A DNA stretch of 64,000 nt from Magallana gigas (taxonomy: Eukaryota). The notes under the pieces are model-generated. The model was not told where the DNA came from. It did no database searches and saw only the letters and a program-made list of their open reading frames with translations. The translations under genes were made by a program, and so were the position numbers. Position 1 is the first letter of the stretch; the number at the start of each line of letters is the position of its first letter. Positions 36,601 through 50,590 of the stretch are shown here, piece by piece. The DNA lies in assembly GCF_963853765.1 (NCBI RefSeq), contig NC_088854.1, positions 3,348,001-3,412,000 of the forward strand, given 5' to 3'.

Positions 36601-39469
36601 TAAAGTTCATGTAGCCACAATCTTCCCTTTTAATATGAAGTAACCACACTCCATACTAGTTTTATTTAAAGTAGCCACAATCTACACTTTTATGTTAAGT
36701 AGCCACTTGTACAAAATAGTAACAATCTGTGAATACGGTTTTCCTTGGAGGATTAATTTCTCTAAGTTTAGTTATTTTGCTGAAAACTAAAGAGATGATT
36801 ATATTTCAATGACAATTTCTTTTCTCTTTTTTTCGTATTAATTTTACTTTTTTATAGGTTAATGTAATCCGAATTAGCATATGAAGTCATAAGTTTTTGT
36901 TTTTAGTCAGGCCCACAGCGAATCGGCCTTTGTCGATATGCATAATCTAATTACGTATGTTTCAAAGGATCGGCCACAAGTAGCTGGTGTACTTTACATT
37001 CAGGTATTATAAACAAAATTGCGGAATTGTGATCCCATTTAATCTTAGGCCAATGGCGAACAGCCCCCTGCAATGATCTCGGTTAATAGAGTATAATTCC
37101 TACTGTCTTCTCTTGCTTTTAATGCTCACTAATGAAGATTTACTTTAAGTAAACCGTAATTACTCCCCTTTCCCTTCAAAGTATCCTATACAGTGCATCT
37201 GATATGACAGAAACAGGATAAAAAAAATCCAAGTCATTGAGTTATACTCGAGTCTATTGTTAGTTTAAGATGTTGGGGCCTACCTCTCACTCTTTCATGA
37301 TCAGCTATATTACTGTTAACTCTTATAACCCTAATCATTATCCTAAATCTGAGGTGTGAACTAGGAATCCAGTCCTTGGTCGTTTGACACAGATAGGCCA
37401 CTGATACCCACAATTGACTCGGTTTAACAATCACAACTCAATTAAAGCCTCCATTATTATCACTGACTACACCTTGAGAGGTCGCCCTCTGTGGCCCCCA
37501 GAAACCCGAACCCAACATTTATCGCGCTTCACAAACTACAGGTGCTATATTCCTCTCGGATAGGACCGACTCGGATGAGTAGATTTAAATGGGTAGGCTG
37601 TTGGCAATCAAGAAATTCAACCTTTAGTGATGCAACTGAATGGGCATTATTTGACACCTCATACATTCCATATTTCTAAAATACACCATATTAAGGTGGA
37701 TAGAAGAACATCATTTGAAACATAATTACTGTTCTAAAACTTGAAAAATTACAATATTTGGTCATAAAGTGCATATCAAAGTTTCATAAAGTGAAAATTG
37801 ACCCTTCCCTGTCTCAAACTCATGTCGTGCAGACCAACAGGGGACAGCCAACAAAGGAAGGTAAAAGACATTATATAACGGATAAATATTATTGTTATAT
37901 TAGAAGGAAGCACATCGAAATTTGAGGGGTTCAAATCCTCCCGAGTTTAACAAAAGTACGTTGATGTAAAAAAAAAATCATCATGAAGCATTGTGAAAAT
38001 TCAGAACTTAAAGTAATATTAATTGAAAATCAAATATAGAGGATCGCTTAGGAACAAATGAAAGTGATGCTGCATCAAATGCTTAATTAACTTCTATTTT
38101 ACAACTGGATGAGAGGTATTACTTAAACATGCAACTTTTGTTGACTTGGTTTATCGTTATAACCATATCATAAATCAGAAATTCAGTTTTTAACAAAGAG
38201 GGATAGAGGTGTAATTTTTGTTTAAACTGAAATATCAACTGATTAGAAAGGACATACATAAAAATGATAGGAACGACAAGGTTTTGGGCAAACTGTAAAT
38301 CGAACTTGAAAGTTCAGAAATTAACATTTTAATAAAAAGACAATTGGAAGAATACATTGCAGCAACCCGTATTATGGAGTAGCGAGGAGAACTCAATTAT
38401 GGATACCAAAACAAGCTGCTGTTTTGATAAAAAAGGAAATGGTATCAGATAGCTGCCTCAATATCACGTGATGACACAGTGCAAGTACTATTTAGTCTAC
38501 AAATTGCAAAGAACGTGATTCGTACAAGCCATTTACAGAGAAAGCAAGAGTCTACGAGAAGAATGTTGCGAGACATCATGGACATTTCCGCGGTCATGTC
38601 TCATGCACTTAACAGAAATGCTTGGTTTTTCGATGCATATGATCTTAATTTGTCTTTCAGCCTAAAAACGTTATGGCATCTGTGATAAGTATTCCCCTCT
38701 CAGACAAACCATTCATTGACGAGTGGAAACATTGAATTAAGAAACAAGGAAAAGTAAAATGCCAGGCCAAATGGATATCTCGGTATTTTACCTCACTTTA
38801 CGAGCACAAGAGGCTATGGAAATACAAACAAACCAACTCTGTGGTGTCTTGCTTGGCGCTTCTGACCAACTATATTTCATGATTTCTAAGTTACTCAATC
38901 TAACTTTGTGAATCCTGTTTTGGAACACTTACAAAAAAATCACTAATCGGAGATAGCTAGCATCGACTTATTAAAAACCAATGTAGAAAATTCTACAAAA
39001 TACAACACGTGGTACTACTTTAAGGAAAGAAATGTCTTACAATGATTGGATGGTGGGTTTTCTTTACACTAGTCATTTATTTGATATAAAGAGATAGGTA
39101 TCCATTACCGTGATTTCATATACTTCAAATTAATTCAAAATTAATATGAATCCTGTATTTTGACGTACGTCTAATAATATTTTGATCTTCTTTCAATTAT
39201 GCAGAAGCTACATACAAATTATAAAAGCGGGAATCTAAGCTGTTTTCACGATATCGGAAAATTTTCATTCCATTTGCATTGGGTCATGAAATTAGGAAAT
39301 TCGGTGAAGCTTTTAGTGTCGATCTGACATCATCGCTATCAATGTACATTTGTGTACTCCGTTTGCCATATTTAGATGCCAAGGAAGAGAAAAGAACATT
39401 CCAAAGATTTAACGCGTTTTAACTATATGACTGGTGAAAGCTCAACCAAACATTTAACAAGTGTGTGCG

Positions 39470-39472
<3 letters not shown>

Positions 39473-39560
<88 letters not shown>
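39473..39560. repeat. (TA)n microsatellite
   Basis: Pure TA run. Confidence 0.99.
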
Positions 39561-39563
<3 letters not shown>

Positions 39564-39632
39564 TTGCAGTTAGTGTTGCTTTTTTTCTTTTATTATATTT
39601 TTACCGGACACTGAGAAAATACTTTTGTGATT

Positions 39633-39634
<2 letters not shown>

Positions 39635-39694
<60 letters not shown>
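39635..39694. repeat. (TA)n microsatellite
   Basis: Pure TA run. Confidence 0.99.
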
Positions 39695-39697
<3 letters not shown>

Positions 39698-41069
39698 TAT
39701 ATTCCGTAAACATGTATTACATTTAACTTGTAACAGAGCAACAAATCTAAATCGGGGTTTTGTTTCGATTTTGTTTGAAGTATTCTACGGTTAAATATAT
39801 TGATGTTGTAGCCCATTTTAACTTAAATTACATTAAGTGTCATAATATAGGAACTACATTATTAGTGTATATTCGCTGTGTTTTATGTTAATGTATTCAA
39901 TCTTCGTTACAAGAGCAAGAGATGATATACAAAAACTGAAATTGTTTCCACATGAGTAAATTTGGACGAATTAGATTATATATTTTATATTCACATGGAT
40001 GGATATTGTGATAACACTACAATAAATTCCCTCTTAATGTATAAAAGAAATCTTCATATCTAAAATGGAGATCTTAAGGCTAACAAGAGGAATGCTATGT
40101 ACATGTAATACGCTTTTTTTTTGTTTGAGGACTTTTTACCGTGATGATGAGATATGCAGCATATCCACTATTACTTAAAAAACAAACATACTAAATTCAG
40201 TTTTATTAAAATACAAACTCGTTTCAATTAATAGTTTATTCAATAAAAGAAACAATGCATTCACTTTTCGTTTTCAGTACAATAGTGTTCTATTTTACGT
40301 CCAAGCTCTGTTTTGTTAATTTTTTTCCTTTATTTCACAATTTTAGATTTATAAAAGCTCTAAATTCTTTTGTTGTCAATTTTCTTTTGGGTACTTTTAC
40401 AGAGAAAAAATACTAGTAATTGTTTTTGGCATCAAATTTATTAATGAGTTTAAAATAAAAAAAAAATGATGCAAAATATAGTTATTTAGTATTTACAAAT
40501 GTCAAAAAGGGTTACATTGTCTTGGTTTTTGTAAAATAAAATATTTTTTGAAAATAAATCATTATTTGTTGACATTCTTTATATATTCGAATAAATCCTA
40601 TGAAAAAGATGTCATATATATAAAGGACAAATATCCATATAATGCTCTTATATATAGGAATAAAATGTTTGCATGTAATATATTTCCCTATATTTTATCA
40701 TTTGATCAAGCATAAATCTTTGAATCATTGATAAAAATCCAAAGTGGGTGCTTCTCAGATCGTGTAACCTTAAATGACACATTTGATGATGATAATGAAG
40801 GAAAGCAAAATTTATTACACACTTCCAAGGACCTTTTCTATTTTCTTATTGGCCCTCTTGGCATTTTATTGATGTAAAATGAGGGTTGATATTTTCACTG
40901 TTAGCTCATGATCAATAAACATGGCGAAATCAAGGTAACACAACGTTTGTCACGATGATGCCCCCACCTACTGATGTAGAGTGTTCTCTGTAAACGTGTT
41001 GAGCTAGAAATCCAAACTGCTGTATTCCAGGCTTTTAAAACACATCCCTGTGAAACAGGTTGGTTCCTA

Positions 41070-44000
41070 TCATGTTTCCGTCTTCTTGAACCTGTCCAGG
41101 ACGCCTTTAGACTTGGAGACTGCTGTGGAAGACTCTTTCCTGCCCTGGGCGCCCTCTTGGAGCTTGTCCTTGACCAGTTCCTTCACTGTCTGTCTTCGTC
41201 CTTCTTCTATCACGCCTCTCTTCCTCTGCTCCTTCTTTCTGCCACTGCCCTTACCTTTCATTTTGTGTTTCGGTTCGTACGATATTGACATTGGCTTTTT
41301 GAACTGTAGATAAAAAGGAAATCAGTCAGGAAACAATTGACACTAGATACTACATTATACTACAATATACTTGGATGAAGATCAGATTTTTTAAATGTAT
41401 TCCCTTTTTAAAATCGCAATAATGTTAATAATGTTAATATATCTATGTGTATATTTTAAAAACATTAGCTTTCTATGATTTGTAAACTGGCATAGGGAAC
41501 TACTGTTAAAGGGTTATTTTTGCTCTATGATTTTTTTTGTCTTCGCTCTTTTACACTTGCAAATGATTTTGACAAAAGATAGCCTTACAGAAATGAGCTT
41601 GTTTAGGCTTGTAGAGGCTTCAATACCATCAAAACTTTCTATGTATTTTTGTTGTTCCTTGAGCTTATAAAAGTTATCTGACTGGCTATTGGAAATTTTG
41701 CTTTTGCATTATTTCATTTTGGCATAAAGTAGTTAATTAAATAAAAAAAATTGAAATTTTACAATTTAACCGATAGGCCTTTGCACTATCTTATTCACAA
41801 ATTTTCATAGCCAAAATATAGCACCCTACAGTCTGTCCCAAGTTCTTGTTTACTAAAAATACACATATCTGTGAAAAAAATACAATTGGGAAGGGAAAAT
41901 ATTCAAGATATCTTCATTTACACATTATCATTTTTCCTCTGGAAATTCATGTCATACTGAGATTTATACTGGGAAATGTGAATATTTTTTCTTCTTTCAG
42001 AGGTCACTTGGAATACTTCGCACAACTTTCAACGTTATTTGTCTGTTGTAATGCAAAATCATTTATTTTCAGCCATGCATTGAAACCTGATTTAGAGGGG
42101 GCATTTCAAAGAAGAAATTTTGAAATTTTTTATACTTCTGAATAAACATCTTTTAATCTCTGAGGTACATGTATTTATATATGGGAAGCAAGGATATCCT
42201 GGAACAGAGAATAGGAAGCTATTTGGTTTATTAGTTACAAACACTTAGAAAGAAACAGGCAGAAAATAAAATGGAACAGACTGATAGACAGACAGGAAGA
42301 AGGAAAGAAAGATGTCTTGTAGTTCCCTGATGAAATGAGTAGAAAACTAATGAAATCTTACATGGGTAGTTAAAGAAAAAACTATACTTAAAAAACAATA
42401 AAAAACATTCTTAAAAATCTGGTAATTCATTAGTTTCTGTGTTTTTAGGTACCCTTTAAAATACGACACAGTACTCACATGTATTTTGTTGTTTTCTTCC
42501 ACTCTCTCAACAAAACTCTTCATGTCCACCTTGCCAATCATTTTCGAGTCAAGATGAATCATCTCCACCGGGATCTAAAGGACAAATTTTTGGGGGTTTA
42601 CAAATCTACAGATGCACACTTACTGCAAATGTAACTTTATAAACACTTTTAAACTCATGTGAGATTTTTAAAGTTGCATGAAATCATGAACATATCTGTC
42701 ATTTGCATTTAGAAAATAATACCCTTTTCCATATTACACCCTGTATCAGCCCAAGACACCAATATCAGCCAGAAGGCTGACGGACTGAGGGCTAATATTG
42801 GTCAAGGGCTGATACATAGGTAATATGGAAAATGGTATGTATTATCATATTTATTACATACTTATAGTATTAACTTATCTAATACATTTGTATGCCTAAA
42901 TTCAATGAAGACATTATAACATGTGAATTATGACCTTTTGTATGTATGAATCATTGCCTTAAATTTCTACCTAATCCTGAAGTGGAAAAAATCGGAGGAG
43001 TTCCGTAAGGGGGTGCGATTTCATGATAATGATTTTAACTGCAAAGGTTTACTTTCAATCTTTCATAAAGTAAAAGAGTAACACACTAACACATTCACAA
43101 AGCAGATAATAAATCTTTGGGATTTTGCGGGAGCCTGAGGTAATGACTTTAACTGACCTTGTCCAACAACATCTGAACCTCGGCCTCCCTCCTCTGTTTC
43201 TTCGTCTGGTACGGGTTAGACTCCATGGCATCAAAATTTGCCTCTCCAGCACCTACAAAAGCCAGATGACTCAGATCACATCAAGATTCTCCCAGCAAAA
43301 CAAAGATCTGTATAGAGTTCTCTACTTTTTCTGCAGGTAGTTATCAAATTTAAAGCTGCATGGTCCAAATTTTACCTGGAATGATGAGACTGGTGAACCC
43401 GTCCCCATGCCCTACCCCCAGGACATCCTCATAGGGACAGAAGTGGAGGTTGTTGACCGTTGTCTTCAGTTTGTGGATCATATATGGTGAGGTCAGCTGC
43501 TGTCTACATGGGTCTTGGTAAACCTTACAGTCAAAAAGAAGTTTTATCTAAACAGAATGTTGTGAACTAAACGTGAAAAGAATTCTTCAGAATGATTGTG
43601 GGCATTTTTAGACTACTTTGATATATTCATCTCCTTGGGAAGAGGAGCTTCATATAACAATATAAAAATATATTGAAGATTCAAAGCAAAACTATATGGA
43701 ATTTATCTTTACTAAATAATACTTCATAGCTTATCAAATGATCAAATCTAAGTTTAATATAGTTCTGGAAAGAAATGTGTAACCCCTCAGCCTCTTTAAT
43801 TTTGCCAATCATAAAATCAAATAAATTAAAAATGCTTCATTAATATTCCTCTTTTGATTTTGCATTTGTATGAAATTCACACTTCTGAAATCATATGCGT
43901 TTCCCTTCTAATGCTCTGTACAATACATGTTGTAACTTCTAGAAGAATTAGACACTCCAAACTCACATATACAAAAACATACACAAAGCCTGGTCTCTAT

Positions 44001-47000
44001 ACCTCCACGATGTTGCCCTTCCCCAGCCCCAGGGCACCTGTCTGACTGAACACCATGTGTCCTGCTCCACACCCAATCTGATAGGAGTGCACCATCTCAA
44101 ATTTACGGATATCCCAAATCTTCATCTTCCTGTCCACTCCAGATGTGGCCATGTAACTGAAGCACAGGAAATTATATTTAACAAGAGAACACTCACTACT
44201 AAAAATAAAGGTGAAGGTTCAGATTTTGTATGCAAAACCAGTTTCAAATTCTGACACTAAGTGACATTTGATTTGAAGCCTTTCAATTATTTAGACAATA
44301 ATTAAAGTTTCAATGTGCAAATAACTTGTCAAAATTTCCCATGTGCATGTCTTCATAGTTTAACATTTCATGGATTTAGAAAATTGCTACATTTGTTCTA
44401 CTGCTCTAGAAATTAGGTAAAATATACAGAGATTTAATACAAATAATCATGTTTCTTCAATCCAATATTCAAGCCAAGGAGGATGTTTATCTTATATTGG
44501 CATTCACAGAAATGACTTGGCAGAATTTTTGTTTGACTGAGGGGGTACTTACTTTCCTGTGGGGTCAACAGCTACAGATCTGACCGCCGCCCCGTGACAA
44601 AGCATCTTGACCAGCGGTTCGTTCACATTCGGAGACCACATTGAAACACTTCCTGAAACCAAAAAATTTGTACGAATAAAGGAGGATATTTAATACATTA
44701 ACAGATATTAATTTACTTTTCTATAAAAAAGATTTGTAAGTTGGGCAACAATCAGCAGGTTGTTTACATTATAGTCCTCTGGGTTCCCTTTTCCAGAATT
44801 TTCATCAAAAGTTTGAGGGCCAAATAACACATCTTTAGACTTAGTCCAAAGGACACAAAATGCGTCCATAACTGATGGTTTCCAGAGATACACCTTTAAA
44901 GGAAGCAATCCTTGCAGAATAAATCTACATTGTCTGCCTTCAACCCTTCACAAAGGTTATGGTTCTTCTTAAATGCTTATTACCTTCACAACACTATGAA
45001 TCACAAAGCAATCCTCTAATTGTTTAATTTTTTAACAGGTCAAATCTCTGCTGACTGAACCAACAGTTGTGTAGTCTTTAACAGATCTATAGCATTTTGG
45101 CGATTCCTACGCTGATGCACTTAGAACAAACCTGTGGGATGTCCCAGGCAAATGACGGCATTCTGGGGGTTCTGACACATGACGTCCAGACGCCCTAGTC
45201 CAGTGTTGTGACTCGCCACTTTCTGACCGACCGACACATCTAACCAGTATAGGTACCCGGTCGCATTCTGAGAGAAAGACAGGGGAATGAATGGCAAGCG
45301 AAACCTGATTTTACATTTTGAATTAAGATGACTCTTTGAGCATAAACTCAATTTTTGAAAAAAGTACCGTATGTCATGATGTCATTCTTTTCTACATGTA
45401 GTTATCAAATTTAATGAAATTATTTGACAACTTAATATGCATTTTAGAGATACTGAGCAAATGCAAGCAAATTTTCCATCAGACAGCAATACAGTCAAAC
45501 CTTGTTATCTCAAAATAGATGGGACTGGTTAAAAACTTCGAGATATCCAAGTATTTGAAATATCAAGGGTAAAATATTTAAATTTTAAGTGTTTTGGACT
45601 TAAAATCACTTTGACATATCCATGGTATTCAAGATATTGGTGTTCGAGATACCGAGGTTCAATTGTATATGCTATGAGCAAAACCATTGACAAGAACATG
45701 TATACAGGCCAGAGTCGTATCTTACAGAACTGGCCAGCAGGAAATGATAGGGAAGGAACTCGAGTCTAAGTGCTTCGTTGGGCTGTTTCAGACAATGCAA
45801 CTCTATGCCCTGGTTGTCATAGATATATGTCCACTGCTTCTGGGCCACAGCAAACATTGTCTCCTGGTGCAACCACCTGTAATTACAAAAGGTATATTGT
45901 AACCTCCCCAAGATGTCTAAAAACTACTGTAGAAGCAGAAATATTGGTTGGGGACTTAATTTGGTTATTCTCGTTTGCAGTATTAATCAACGAAATTGAA
46001 TCCATGATGAATTTTTAAGGTAAGCATTCATAAATACAGAGTTGATATATGATATATTTTAGAGACTACAATATGACGAAATTAAATCCAAACAAAATTT
46101 TATTTGGATTAAAAACAATGAAATTTTAACCCAACAAATATATGTACTTCCACAGTAATTCAAATTCAGATTTATATCGATTTAAGGATTGGCACTTATA
46201 TATTACAGAATAGAAAGTAAAAGTATATGATAAATAACTTTTAAAGCTCTCTATTTGTTTCTATATAATTTTTTCTATTTAAATGTATGTATGTATGAGA
46301 ACAATGAAAGGTATACCTGATGTCTCTGACTGTCTCCATGACATTAATTTCACAGAGCAGACGCTTGGTCAGCCAATCCAAGGCCGCGACATGGCCTTTA
46401 CTCCCTGCTATCAATAAATGTTTTCCATTTCTGGTGTACTGGGCCTTGTATGGCCCAAACTGGGTCAATTCAAGGTTAAAGTGCTGTGGAAATAGAAACA
46501 TTCAAAACTGTATACACAGAACTAGGTTCATATTGTTGCAATAAATCTAAAACCATAAATAGAAAAGAACAAAGAATACATCCTGAAAATTTATTTTCTT
46601 TCATAAAATTTTAATATTAACCTGATAAAAATCTTTTTTTTTTTAATCTGAACCAACTCTTTAACCTTAGAGAAAATTGAATTTTATTTGATTGCTTGGC
46701 AAATGTATAGTACATATATTAGACATCTGAGAGGTGGATACCTTTTGAGCTGTGGTTATGTCTGCGGCCTGGACGATGTCCGACTGAGTGACATTGGTTG
46801 TACTCTCTCCATCCTCTGGTATCATAAATCTGTGAGGAAAAGAAAAACAAAAATATCATCACTCAATTCTTAGCTTAACACAGGTACCTGAAATTAACAA
46901 CTGTGACAATTCAGTGACAATTCAGTGATTGAACATCTCATGAAAACTTTATAAAAATTATTATTATATGATATATCCCACTCTAAGTTTAACAAATTTG

Positions 47001-48594
47001 TTTATAATTTAAAGTTTTGGACAATTTACACTGTAAAAGAAAAGCTTTACACTTGGGACTGACATACCCCGACTGTTCCTGGAGAAGACGCTCGGAGCGA
47101 GCTGCCTGTTTCACCGCCATTGTCACCTTCTTCTCGTTCTGAACCAGTTTAACATGTCCATGATGTGTCCGTGCTCCTTTCTTAAATAAAGAATATGATT
47201 TCTTGATTAAACATTATGTTGTGTTCTCTGTTTTTTGATTAAAGTATAAAGAAAACAAGATATCTGTGAGCCAATGCTCACTAGTGATACCCCCACCCTG
47301 AGGTAAATATATAAAATAAGCAGTCAAAATTTAACAGGAAGTTGACATCAAATTTGTTAAAAATTGAATCCAACCATATGCCACGCCTTAACAAAGACTG
47401 AGTAAAACTTTCAAGCATCTGCAATTAATAATTGCTGAGAGATCTTTGACAAAAATTTCAGACCAATTAAACCACATACTGACATTTGCATTGGAACAAT
47501 ATGCCACCTTTTTTCCAAGGCATACAAATACCAATATATACAAGCTAATCCTTGAACAAATTTTAATGAAATAAAAATTTTCAATTCAAGTTGAAATTGT
47601 GTGTCAAAAACTCAAAAAAAAAAAGAAGACTTGTATGTGTACCGATAAATGCATATTAATAAAGATATTTATTGAAATATTACATTTTTTGTCCTAAAAG
47701 AAGCTAAGATGAGGAGAATGAAGTCACACAGAACATTAAAGGTAAATCTGTAGATATTTACAAATATTATAACATGACTACCTTATTTATTGAGCTTTTT
47801 TATTTATATTGCATCTTACTATTTTTAAATAATGGATTATTCACATGGTTTTTTTTTATACATTCCCAGACTTACAGTGTGTAACTTTTTCCCTCTCTGG
47901 TATTTTGACATCAGCTTCTTTGGAACAGGTGCATCTCCTGGATATCTGTCCTGGAAAAAACACAATTTTACAGATTTTACAGATGAACTGCATAAAAGTA
48001 CATAAGAGAATTGATCAAGACAAGGAGACTCTCTATATCTTGACAAAGAATCGATCTTCGGGAATCACCTGCTACTGTTAGATATGTCAAACAATTACCT
48101 GCTTATTGCCTGGTCAATTTCCTAACACAGTCATAAAATGTTGCTTATAAAAATACTGAATCACTTAATTTTAAATGATGTAATACCTTCCTAAATTCAC
48201 TGGGACTTTCTGGATCTCTCCTCTCATCTCTGTTAGCTTTGCTGTCTTGCTTTGGTCCATGCTGAAGCCTTTTCAGATCTTTATTAGGGCCACTTTTCTG
48301 CACTATATTTCTCAGTTTCTTTTTCACCTTTTCTGGTTGTTTTTTATCAGTTTTGTTTTTCACTGTTTCTGGTTGATTATCAACACTTTTTTCAGTCAAT
48401 TCTGTTTCCTGTGTTTCACATATCTTTTTTTCTTGTCTTGTTTTTGCTCTCTTTTGAAATTCAGTTTTTTTGCGATCAAACTCCTTAAAAAACTTCTTTC
48501 GCCATGGTTTTTGAGCTTTTTTTGAGGGTTTTGCGCTTTCTTTCGACTTAGTCCCAGTACTTTCATCCTTCTCTTTATTTTCAGAGCTCTCCAT
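41070..48594 (-). CDS. WDR46: WD repeat-containing protein 46 (UTP7/BING4), SSU processome component, 654 aa
   Basis: 13 coding exons on the minus strand: 48594-48187, 47950-47876, 47180-47068, 46829-46742, 46483-46317, 45876-45726, 45267-45132, 44652-44553, 44156-44003, 43523-43376, 43252-43158, 42574-42479, 41303-41070. All introns GT-AG with matching phases; total 1965 nt. Diagnostic peptides [72 protein letters not shown]. Confidence 0.95.
42716..42845. mobile_element. ~130-bp fold-back (palindromic) element in a WDR46 intron
   Basis: Arms ATAATACCCTTTTCCATATTAC...TGTATCAGCCC...CCAATATCAGCC and GGCTAATATTGG...GGGCTGATACA...GTAATATGGAAAATGGTATGTATTAT. Confidence 0.7.
45492..45665. mobile_element. 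Tc1/mariner(pogo)-type MITE, 174 bp
   Basis: TA on both flanks. Ends CAGTCAAACCTTGTTATCTCAAA and TTCGAGATACCGAGGTTCAATTG are imperfect inverted repeats. Confidence 0.75.
47254..47470 (+). mobile_element. Possible 5' fragment of a non-autonomous Helitron/HINE-like element
   Basis: Starts AACAAGATATCTGTGAGCCAATGCTCAC, resembling the AACAAGAGG...CTCACCTG ends of the elements at 49236 and 58848. The right end is not found. Confidence 0.35.
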
Positions 48595-49004
48595 TCTGAT
48601 TCATATGCTGAAATTTAAATTCATATTAATCTTCACCTGCTCGTCAAACATTTTTTACAAAACATTCCATTAATCAGAATTGATCATTCCTTCTGCTTTT
48701 TTTAACTTAATAACAAATATTTTAGTTAGTTTTTTACTGAAAAGACATTAGCTTTACACAAATCTTTCAACAAATAGAGCAAACAAAAGTTCTGACATAA
48801 AATGTCATATTAAACAAAATAATCAAATCAAGGCTGACTAATCTCAAATCTAGATCACATTAATTAGAAATCACAAAAAAACATCTTTAATAAATTTTGT
48901 GATACCTACAGATTTTTTTCAATTAAAAGTTTGTTCAAGCCAAAATATAACTTGTGATGGGGGTATAGGGTCAGTGTTCCAAAATATCCATCACAGAAAA
49001 TTCA

Positions 49005-49205
49005 CTATACTTTGTCCAAAGTGTCTGCTTCTACCGCTTTTTGCATACTACTTTGATCATTATAAATACCTTTGTGCCCTAACTACGTTCATTCAGTAAA
49101 ACAAAAAAATTCGGATTTTTTAAATTTTGAAACGCCTCCTCTAAAGCCTTGGGTTTTTATACACATCCAAAAATAAAAAGTCTAAGGGGATTTTGCATTG
49201 CAAAC
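49005..49205 (+). mobile_element. Truncated left part of the MITE family seen at 30728
   Basis: Starts CTATACTTTGTCCAAAG and aligns by eye with 30728-30925. It stops just before the Helitron-like element. Confidence 0.6.
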
Positions 49206-49235
49206 AACATGGACAGTACAGGGACGATAACTAAA

Positions 49236-50590
49236 AACAAGAGGCCAATTGGCCTTAACGGTCACCTGAGTAGCATATAACCCATACACAAACTTGTTGA
49301 GGATTCTCATATATGCATTTAATTAATTAGGTTTCATTCTGGAGTAGAAAAATTATAAATTTGTAATGAAGACCACCTCCCTGCCTGAAATCTTTCAAAA
49401 AGAACTGTGAAACCTATAATTTTGGCGAAAAACTTAAAGATCTGGTCTACAAAATCATGAATTCAGTTTTCCTTTCAGGTGTGTGGGAGTAAAGAAGATA
49501 TTTTTTTAACATTATATGCATTAACACCTATACATCCATTTTGGCCCTGCCCTAGAGTCAAAACCCATACTCCAGGGGACATGACAATTAAAATTTCATT
49601 AGAGAACTTCCTGGTAAACATAATTTTAAGTTAGTTTTTTATACAGATGTGTGAGAATAGAGAAGAAAATTTTTAAACATTATATCCATTAACACAATAT
49701 TGCCATATTGCCCCCCCCCCCCATGTCCTGAACCCCTGACCCAGGGGCAATGAATTCACAATTTAGGTAGAGGAGTTTGTGGACACCATAACCATGTATT
49801 CAGTATTTTGCCCACATGTGTGGGAGTAGAGAAGAAGATTTTTTGAGATTTAAAACATTTTTATTTTATGGCCAAATTGGTCCCTCCCTAGAGCCCGAAC
49901 CCCTGACAAAAGGGTCATGAATTTCATAATTTTGGTAGAGGGCTTCATGGACATTATAACCAGACATTTAGATTTTAACAAATATATATGGGAGTAGAGA
50001 AGAAGATTTTCCAAGATTTAATTCATTTTTACTATATGGCCATATTGGCCCCACCCTAGAACCCGAACCCCTGACAAAAGGGTCATGCATTTCACAATTA
50101 AGGTAGAGGGCTTCATGGACATCATTATAATGCATTTAGTTTTTAACAAATATATATGGTAGTAGAGAAGAAGATTTTCTAAGATTTAATACATTTTTAC
50201 TATATGGCCATATTGGCCCCACCCTAAAGCCTGAACCCCTGACCCAGGGTCCATGAATTTCACAATTTTGGTAGAGGGCTTCATGGACATTATAACTATG
50301 CAACCAGGTTTTTCCTCACATGTGTGGCACTGGGAGTAGAGAAGAAAATTTTTGAAAATTTGGCTTTTTTTCTATATTTGGCCCACATGTGGCGCCCGGG
50401 GCCCGGGAGTGGTAGAGCCATGCATTTCACAATTTAGATTCCTCTTACCATAGAGATGCCTCACACCAAAAATGGTAACAATCAGCCTTGAAGTTTTTAA
50501 GAAGAAGTTAAAAATGTAAAATTGTAAATGCACGACGACGGACGAAAATGGATAGCAGTAGGTCACCTCAGTTTACTCAGGTGACCTAAA
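49236..50590 (+). mobile_element. Non-autonomous Helitron/Helentron-type (HINE-like) element carrying ~168-bp tandem satellite units
   Basis: 5' AACAAGAGGCC...GGTCACCTGAG. 3' (GAC)n/GGAC tract, then hairpin AGGTCACCTCAG..CTCAGGTGACCT followed by an A-run. GGTAGAGG recurs at 49766, 49934, 50102 and 50270 (period 168). The architecture matches oyster HINE/Cg170-type elements as I recall them. Confidence 0.8.

Noticed and set aside
33500-39573. ORFs with (YI)n runs (33500-33706, 39376-39573)
   Set aside because: Translations of (TA)n microsatellites.
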